From Candidatus Woesearchaeota archaeon (GTDB taxonomy: Archaea; Nanobdellota; Nanobdellia; Woesearchaeales; ARS49): a DNA stretch of 64,000 bases. This document shows, in pieces, positions 58,164 to 64,000 of this stretch; position 1 is the stretch's first letter; each line of letters begins with the position of its first letter. The position numbers and the translations under genes are program-made. The DNA is taken from NCBI GenBank assembly GCA_037445145.1, contig JBBILB010000001.1:36637-100636 (forward strand), in the 5' to 3' direction. The notes beneath the pieces were generated by a model, which saw nothing but the letters and a program-made list of their open reading frames with translations, made no database searches and was not told the DNA's origin.

Positions 58164-58534
58164 GAAAGAAAGACGAAAGCTTGCTTTTTGTTGCAATCAG
58201 GGAGCCTTCTTCTACCCGGAGGGATGTCCTCATGGCAACAAAGGACGTTCTTGACGTCCTTAAGAGGTACGAGACGTACAGGGCACTTTCTGCTGAAAAG
58301 CAGAAAGTCCTTGCAGAGCTTAACCAAGTGGCAGGCAGTTTGAGGTCGCTTAACAACCGGCTCAGAGCGAGGATGCCAAAGGCCCCAATATCTATGCAAG
58401 CTGAAGTGGCGCGGGAAAAAGAGGATGAATTCATCACGGGCACTGCGCCTGGAACGGCGCGGCCCAAATCAAAATTAGACATTCTCCAAGAAGAATTAGA
58501 GAAGATTGAGAGCAGGTTGGGCGCTTTGGAGTAA
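58160..58534 (+). CDS. Coiled-coil hypothetical protein
   Basis: LFVAIREP..RRDVL, heptad repeats, C-terminal LDILQEELEKIESRLGAL; ATGA overlap. Confidence 0.78.
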   Translation: MRKKDESLLFVAIREPSSTRRDVLMATKDVLDVLKRYETYRALSAEKQKVLAELNQVAGSLRSLNNRLRARMPKAPISMQAEVAREKEDEFITGTAPGTARPKSKLDILQEELEKIESRLGALE

Positions 58535-58571
58535 AGGTTTTTAAAGGGAATTAGGGTCTATTTCTGTATAC

Positions 58572-58654
58572 GCGCCGGTGCCGGAGCGGAAAACGGGACA
58601 GCCTCAAGAGCTGTTGGCTTAGTGCCTACGCAGGTTCAAATCCTGTCCGGCGCA
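58572..58654 (+). tRNA. tRNA-Leu(CAA)
   Basis: GCGCCGG/CCGGCGC acceptor stem, ACAGC-CTCAAGA-GCTGT anticodon arm, long variable arm, GTTCAAAT. Confidence 0.93.
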
Positions 58655-58720
58655 TCGAACGAAGTGAGGTGAGGCGGACAGGTCCGCTGACCGCAGTCAG
58701 CCGCTACCTGTTCGGCGCAT
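58642..58720. repeat. 14-bp (1 mismatch) direct repeat of the tRNA-Leu(CAA) 3' end flanking a palindromic insert
   Basis: CCTGTCCGGCGCAT at 58642-58655 and CCTGTTCGGCGCAT at 58707-58720. Confidence 0.75.
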
Positions 58721-59103
58721 TGGATGTCATAATTAAGAAGTCTAAGATACACGGAAAAGGGGTGTTTGCCAACAGGGACTTCAGGAAAGGGGAAACTGTC
58801 ATTAAATGGGATCTTTCTACGATATTAACTAAAGAAGAGGTGGATAAGCTTCCAAAGAAGGAAAAAAGATATGTTTCCATCCTCAAAGACGACAGGTATG
58901 TTCTTCACCAGACTCCGGCAAGATATGTCAACCATTCCTGCGATCCGAACACTTATACAAAAAACAATAAGGATGTTGCAAGCAGGGACATTAGTAAAGG
59001 CGAGGAAATAACAACAGATTATTCTTTGGAAGTGCCTGGGCTTTATATGAAATGCAATTGTGGCACTAAAAAATGCAGGGGTATTGTCAAAAGCAGAATT
59101 TGA
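58720..59103 (+). CDS. SET-domain protein-lysine methyltransferase with post-SET motif
   Basis: IHGKGVFA, RYVNHSCDPN, GEEITTDY, CNCGTKKCRG. Start uncertain; in-frame TTG at 58720. Confidence 0.88.
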   Translation: MDVIIKKSKIHGKGVFANRDFRKGETVIKWDLSTILTKEEVDKLPKKEKRYVSILKDDRYVLHQTPARYVNHSCDPNTYTKNNKDVASRDISKGEEITTDYSLEVPGLYMKCNCGTKKCRGIVKSRI

Positions 59104-59264
59104 TGCAAAAACCCCTTTCTACCCTTCAAATGCCTTTCGTTCCCAATGGTCTCAGGCAAATGTTTTTATAGTCGGCAAGTCCTGCGTGTTCCCAGTCCCT
59201 GCTTGGGAATAACTTGGGACTGGCCCCAAAAAACGGGTTAACGTAATAACGAGGCAACGATTTT

Positions 59265-60602
59265 ATGGGCGTTGAAGTGTTTGCAGTCGGCGGTTATGGC
59301 GAGGTTGGCAGGAACATGACTGCCATAAGGATTGACGACCAGGTTGTCATTCTTGACATGGGCCTGCACATGCCCAATTACATCAAGCTTACAGAGGAGG
59401 AAATTGGCGAAATAGTGAGCATTAATGAGTCTGCGCTGAAGAGGATTGATGCAGTCCCCCAGGACGGCGCAATTAAGGACTGGCGGGCGAATGTCGTTGC
59501 CATTGTGCTTTCGCACGCGCACCTTGACCATATCGGCGCAGTGCCTTTTCTTGCATCAAAATATGATGCGCCAATAATCTGCACGCCTTTCACTGCAGAA
59601 GTGCTTAAGAGCATTTGCAGGGATGAGCACATAAGGCTGCCAAACAAGATTATGCAGTTGTTCCCGAACCAGAAGACATCAATTGGTGACGACCTTGTTT
59701 TGGAGTTTTGCGCAATCACTCACTCAACGCCGCAGGACGTTCTTATCACTTTGCACACAAAGTATGGCACGATTGTTTACGGCAATGACTACAAGCTTGA
59801 CGACCATCCTGGCATTGGGAAAAAGCCTGATTATGACCATTTCAAGAAGCTTGGCGAAAAAGGGGTGCTCTTGCTCATCCAGGACTGCCTTTATGCCCCT
59901 GAGGCAAGAAAGACCCCTTCAGAGGCTGTTGCAAAGGACATGCTTGATGATGTTTTGCTGGGCGTTGACAGCAGAGGAAAGGCTGTTATTGTCACGACAT
60001 TCGCGAGCCATATTGCCCGGCTGAAGGCGATTGCTGACTATGGCAAGAAAATGGGCAGGAAGGTTGTTTTTATGGGCCGCTCAATAGCAAAGTATTGCTG
60101 GGCTGCGGAGGCCGCAGGAATAACAAGGTTTGAGGGTGTTGAAATCCTGAAATTCAGGCGACAGATTGAGAAAAAGCTTAAGGAAATCCAGGCAAGGGGA
60201 AAGGAAAAATTCCTGATGGTAATGTCTGGGCATCAGGGAGAGCCCAAGTCAGCATTGGCAAGGATTATCCGCGGAGAGCTTCATTTCAAGTTCAGCGCGG
60301 GCGATCACGTCATCTTCTCTTGCATAGTTATTCCTGCAGAAATTAACAGGAAAAACAGGGCTGAAATGGACGAACAGCTGAGGCGCCTTGGTGTCAGGAT
60401 ATTCGCTGACATTCACGTTTCAGGCCATTCGAGCAGGGAAGACCTTAGGGACATCATTATGATGCTGAAGCCAGAGCACCTAATTCCGACGCACGGCGAG
60501 CCTCACAGGATTGACTCATTTATTGCCCTGGCAGAGGAAATGGGCTACAAGCGCGACAAAGTGCACGGCATAATCACAGGGCAGAAAATACAAATAGTCT
60601 GA
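59265..60602 (+). CDS. rnj: Ribonuclease J (beta-CASP)
   Basis: GGYGEVGRNMT, SHAHLDHIG, DYKLD, TTFASHIARL, GHQGEP, HVSGH, PTHG. Confidence 0.95.
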   Translation: MGVEVFAVGGYGEVGRNMTAIRIDDQVVILDMGLHMPNYIKLTEEEIGEIVSINESALKRIDAVPQDGAIKDWRANVVAIVLSHAHLDHIGAVPFLASKYDAPIICTPFTAEVLKSICRDEHIRLPNKIMQLFPNQKTSIGDDLVLEFCAITHSTPQDVLITLHTKYGTIVYGNDYKLDDHPGIGKKPDYDHFKKLGEKGVLLLIQDCLYAPEARKTPSEAVAKDMLDDVLLGVDSRGKAVIVTTFASHIARLKAIADYGKKMGRKVVFMGRSIAKYCWAAEAAGITRFEGVEILKFRRQIEKKLKEIQARGKEKFLMVMSGHQGEPKSALARIIRGELHFKFSAGDHVIFSCIVIPAEINRKNRAEMDEQLRRLGVRIFADIHVSGHSSREDLRDIIMMLKPEHLIPTHGEPHRIDSFIALAEEMGYKRDKVHGIITGQKIQIV

Positions 60603-60658
60603 AACAATAAACTTTATATATGTTTAACCATTCTGCAGGAGTTAAGGGGGAGAGCAAT

Positions 60659-61405
60659 ATGAAACTTGTTTTGGCAGACCCAACATACCTTAAAGACAGC
60701 ATAGCAGTCATTTCAGACCTTGTCAATGAGGCAAGGTTCAGGATATCTCGCGATGGGCTGGAAATGGTCGCAATGGATCCTGCAAATGTCGCAATGGTTG
60801 TTTACAAGCTCTTGTCAAGCGCCTTTACAGAGTATGATGTCCCAAAGGAAACTGAAATTGCCATAAACCTTGCTAATCTCAAGCAGGTGTTGAGAAGGGC
60901 AAAGGCAAATGATATTCTCACCCTGCAGGTTACTGAGGAGAACAAGCTCCAGATAATGCTCAAGGGCAGCACTGTGCGCACATTCTCCCTGCCAATAATT
61001 GACATTGAGGAAAAGGAGCAGAGGATACCGAACCTTTCATTCCCTGTAAGCGTCCAGACAAGCTCAACAGTCCTTAATGACGCAATTGAGGACGCTGACA
61101 TTGTTGCGGAATCAGTGACTTTTGCAGCAGAGCCCAGCAGGTTCAGTGTTTCTGCAGAAGGAGATTTGAGCAGGGCGCATATTGAGATGGTGCAAGGCAA
61201 TGACACAAAGGTAACTACTGAGAGTCAGGCAAAGGTGAAGGCAAAGTACTCGATTGAATACCTGAAAAAGATGATTCAGGCAGGCAAATTGGCAGATACA
61301 GTCACCATCTGCTTCAACCAGGATTATCCATTAAAGCTCGAATACAAGGTTGTTGACAAGTTGTTGCTGAGCTTTATTCTCGCGCCAAGGGTGGAGAACG
61401 ACTAA
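60659..61405 (+). CDS. pcn: DNA polymerase sliding clamp PCNA
   Basis: AMDPANVAMV, YSIEYLKKM, DYPLKLEY, FILAPRVE. Confidence 0.96.
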   Translation: MKLVLADPTYLKDSIAVISDLVNEARFRISRDGLEMVAMDPANVAMVVYKLLSSAFTEYDVPKETEIAINLANLKQVLRRAKANDILTLQVTEENKLQIMLKGSTVRTFSLPIIDIEEKEQRIPNLSFPVSVQTSSTVLNDAIEDADIVAESVTFAAEPSRFSVSAEGDLSRAHIEMVQGNDTKVTTESQAKVKAKYSIEYLKKMIQAGKLADTVTICFNQDYPLKLEYKVVDKLLLSFILAPRVEND

Positions 61406-61415
61406 AAAAATAAGG

Positions 61416-61931
61416 ATGGCATACGCTGTTAATGACCCGACAAGGCAGCAATTCCTTCCTGGCTTCAGGCCGTATTTCACCAAGTTCTTCAAAAAATGTT
61501 GTGGAGATTATGATGGGGAGCCTGATTATTGTGACATTTCTTGTTCGGTTGGCTGTGAGAAACCTGCTGCAATCACGGCAATCTGGTTTGAAACGAAGCA
61601 ATACAAAAAGGATGATAAAAAGCCAAAGTTTCTCGGCTTTGACCGCTTACTTGATTACTCTGACAGGTTGTACGCGTGCTCTTCAGCGCACTTGGGAGAA
61701 ATCCTAACGCGGATAAGTGAGGACGCTCTTGAATTGCCTATTGAACCAGGCAGCAGACCTGACGTGGTTGTTAATGCGGAGGGCAGGATTGAGAAGGAGA
61801 TTTATGTGTGGCTGATGAAGGATATTTATGGTGTTATTCTTCGCCCTGATTTTTTTCAGACCAAAATCTGGTCGCAGGGAAGGGAATCGCTTGAACAATT
61901 GTGGGCAAGAGAAAAACGCCGTTTTATCTGA
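61416..61931 (+). CDS. Hypothetical protein (Cys-containing N-terminal half)
   Basis: 171-aa ORF directly after pcn with AAGGA upstream; no recognised motif. Confidence 0.55.
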   Translation: MAYAVNDPTRQQFLPGFRPYFTKFFKKCCGDYDGEPDYCDISCSVGCEKPAAITAIWFETKQYKKDDKKPKFLGFDRLLDYSDRLYACSSAHLGEILTRISEDALELPIEPGSRPDVVVNAEGRIEKEIYVWLMKDIYGVILRPDFFQTKIWSQGRESLEQLWAREKRRFI

Positions 61932-61973
61932 TGTTGGCAAAATTATTATAATGGGATTGCTTTGTCAGCGTGT

Positions 61974-62240
61974 ATGCCGTACATTGAGCCGAAGGAAAGG
62001 AAAACAATTGACCCTGCACTAAAGCCCGCGCTCAAGGTACTGAAAAAGGCTGAAATCGGCGACCTGAATTACATTATCACGCGGTTCCTCTGGCAGTATT
62101 TGCAGGAAAAAGGGATAAACTACGCCAGCCTGAACAGCGCAATCGGAGTGCTTGAGTGCGCAAAACTTGAACTGTATAGGCGGATTATTGCACCTTTTGA
62201 GGACAAGAAGAAAAAGGCAAACGGCGAAGTCTACAAATAA
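61974..62240 (+). CDS. Small helical protein (DUF6899-like)
   Basis: MPYI...R...GDLNYIIT...GVLECAKLELYRR..APFEDKK...NG.VY pattern. Confidence 0.7.
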   Translation: MPYIEPKERKTIDPALKPALKVLKKAEIGDLNYIITRFLWQYLQEKGINYASLNSAIGVLECAKLELYRRIIAPFEDKKKKANGEVYK

Positions 62241-62255
62241 TCGTGTAGGAAGAAG

Positions 62256-62302
<47 letters not shown>

Positions 62303-62303
62303 T

Positions 62304-62498
62304 TTACTTCTTTGTCGCGAGGTATATTGACCAGAGACCTGCAAGCCCCACGAGGATGTACACTATCTTGGTCACAATTCCTGTGCCCAATATTGCCTCC
62401 ACAAAATTAACCTCAAACAACCCTACAAGGCCCCAGTTGATTGCTCCAATGATTACCAGTATCAGGGCAATCACATCCACAGCTTTTTTTCCTGCCAT
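62304..62498 (-). CDS. DUF378-family small membrane protein
   Basis: LVIIGAINWGLVG, IVYILVGLAGL; GAGGTG RBS. Confidence 0.9.
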   Translation of the reverse strand: MAGKKAVDVIALILVIIGAINWGLVGLFEVNFVEAILGTGIVTKIVYILVGLAGLWSIYLATKK

Positions 62499-62566
62499 TT
62501 AAAATCACCTCGTTATACGCAGTATTGTGAATATAGATTATATAAGGTTTTCCTCAAAAAAAGGCA

Positions 62567-63025
62567 TTATTTCTTTGTGCCGTAATAGAACATCTTCTGG
62601 ATGTCAACATCGCCCGGCTTCCAGTCGCCCTGCCTTGGGTGCGCAGTTTTTGGCTCTGTCTTCAGCTCTGCCTGCTTTTCCTTTGGCTTTGGCGGCTGTG
62701 CTGACTTCACCCTGCTGAGCTCCTCGCGCAGGGAGTTGACTTCTGTAATGAGCTGGTTCATTGCGGTTCTCATTACATCTATCTCTTCGGCAAATGCATT
62801 TCTCATCCTTTCCATTTCTATCTGGAACTGCCTTGTTTCGATTAGATTAGGAGCAGGCGCTGTCTCTATGGTTACACTTTCCTGCTGTTCCTGTGCATTC
62901 TGCCTTGGCAACACTTGTATTATTTGCTGCGCCTGCGTGAAAGCTTCCTCTGACGTGCCTGCCATCTTGTGTTTCTTGAGCTCGTGGCTGAGGGCGTTTA
63001 TTCTCTGAAGCTGGTCCAAATCCAT
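62567..63025 (-). CDS. Hypothetical coiled-coil protein with a distinctive C-terminal motif
   Basis: LQRINALSHELKKH, central heptads, HPRQGDW.PGDVDIQKMFYYG; GAGGA RBS. Confidence 0.75.
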   Translation of the reverse strand: MDLDQLQRINALSHELKKHKMAGTSEEAFTQAQQIIQVLPRQNAQEQQESVTIETAPAPNLIETRQFQIEMERMRNAFAEEIDVMRTAMNQLITEVNSLREELSRVKSAQPPKPKEKQAELKTEPKTAHPRQGDWKPGDVDIQKMFYYGTKK

Positions 63026-63038
63026 TTTGTCATTCCTC

Positions 63039-63308
63039 TCACCGCAATTCAAAATAGCCGTCCTTGCCAAGCACAAAGCGCCTCTTGGGCTGCGGCTCTT
63101 CCTGCTGCTGCCCTGCTGTCGCAACAATCTCTTTTTTCGCTATTTCGACAGGCGGAAGCTTTTCGCGCTTGAACGGCACAAGGGCTACTGCGCATGCTTC
63201 GCAGTAATACTTCCTGCCTTCTTGCGTTGCTATGCACATCGGGCAGAGTTTTTTTCCGCACCAGTTGCACACGCCTTCCTGTTCCTTCCTGTGTGCTGGG
63301 CACCTCAT
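63039..63308 (-). CDS. B-box-type zinc-finger protein
   Basis: C..H.......C..C....C..C.........C..C spacing; GAGGTG RBS. Confidence 0.75.
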   Translation of the reverse strand: MRCPAHRKEQEGVCNWCGKKLCPMCIATQEGRKYYCEACAVALVPFKREKLPPVEIAKKEIVATAGQQQEEPQPKRRFVLGKDGYFELR

Positions 63309-63312
63309 TTGT

Positions 63313-63978
63313 TCACGTGTTTTGTCCGAAGTTTTCCTTGATGAACTGCACCATCATTTCGTTGTTTGCGAGCCTGTATGCCTGCAGTGCTGCCGCGAAA
63401 AGGTTCTCCCTTAGGCAGATGTCACCGAGCGCAGAGAGCTTTTCCTTGTCCCCTGCAAGCTCGTACGCCTTTAAGGCATAACCAAGCTGGTTTTCCTGCA
63501 CGCACTTGTCTCCGACAAGCACAAGCTTTTCGCGGTTCTTTATTGCAGAAAAGACCTCAATCGCGTGGTCCCACTTGCCTCTTGCAAGGCAGTCCTCGCC
63601 GACTTTTGCAAGCCTTTCTGCGTTGTTTATTGCCCTGAATGCCTTGATCGCATCTCCAAGGCGTCCGTCCTCAAGGCACTTGTTGCCGAGCTTGAGCAGT
63701 TTTATGTTGTTGTCTGCAAGGTTGTAGCAGTCTATTGCGTTGCTGTACAATGCGACGCGCTCATAGTCCTCGCCTATTTCTGTGAGCTTTGCCTTGTTTC
63801 CGGCAAGGATGAACGCCTTTACTGCATCATTGAGTTTTCCCTTGCGCTGGTATTCCTCGCCAAGCACGTTGAGCACATGCCTCCTTGTCACCTCGTTGAA
63901 CATTGAGAGGTTGATGTTGTCAAGCCCTTTCTCAAGGAGTGTTGGCAGTATTTTCCTGAAATTGTCGGCACTGGACAC
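63313..63978 (-). CDS. Alpha-solenoid (TPR/clathrin-repeat-like) protein
   Basis: About six ~29-aa repeats of G..C......A..A(Y/F)..A.N..KL. Confidence 0.75.
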   Translation of the reverse strand: MSSADNFRKILPTLLEKGLDNINLSMFNEVTRRHVLNVLGEEYQRKGKLNDAVKAFILAGNKAKLTEIGEDYERVALYSNAIDCYNLADNNIKLLKLGNKCLEDGRLGDAIKAFRAINNAERLAKVGEDCLARGKWDHAIEVFSAIKNREKLVLVGDKCVQENQLGYALKAYELAGDKEKLSALGDICLRENLFAAALQAYRLANNEMMVQFIKENFGQNT

Positions 63979-64000
63979 TGTTTCTGCCTGCTTTACCTCG

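Overview
A gene-dense stretch of an archaeal chromosome. The informational genes are archaeal (uS13-uS4-uS11-Rpo3, eL18-uL13-uS9-Rpo10, Topo VI, PCNA, ABCE1, RIO1, NAC, Sec61beta). A bacterial-type GyrA, a bacterial-core LeuRS, an unlinked 5S rRNA and many short lineage-specific ORFs suggest a DPANN archaeon, probably Woesearchaeota-like; this placement is inference. The first ~11.6 kb is a surface-glycan cluster and the rest is mostly housekeeping. Features absent from the ORF track include 5S rRNA, SRP RNA, RNase P RNA, six tRNAs, a decayed IS481-like element and a few small ORFs. I found no CRISPR array or prophage. The most interesting unexplained signals are: (1) a promoter-driven, highly structured ~265-nt non-coding region upstream of dnaG; (2) three tRNA genes each followed by a tiny palindromic insert and a second copy of their own 3' end, linked by motif to a dispersed GAGCGA-type repeat family; (3) a three-way-junction leader upstream of the uS13-uS4-uS11-rpoD operon; (4) an operon of three short coiled-coil proteins divergent from scpB-gyrA; (5) several enzymes with altered catalytic motifs. 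All protein calls come from motif recognition by eye; no database search was run.
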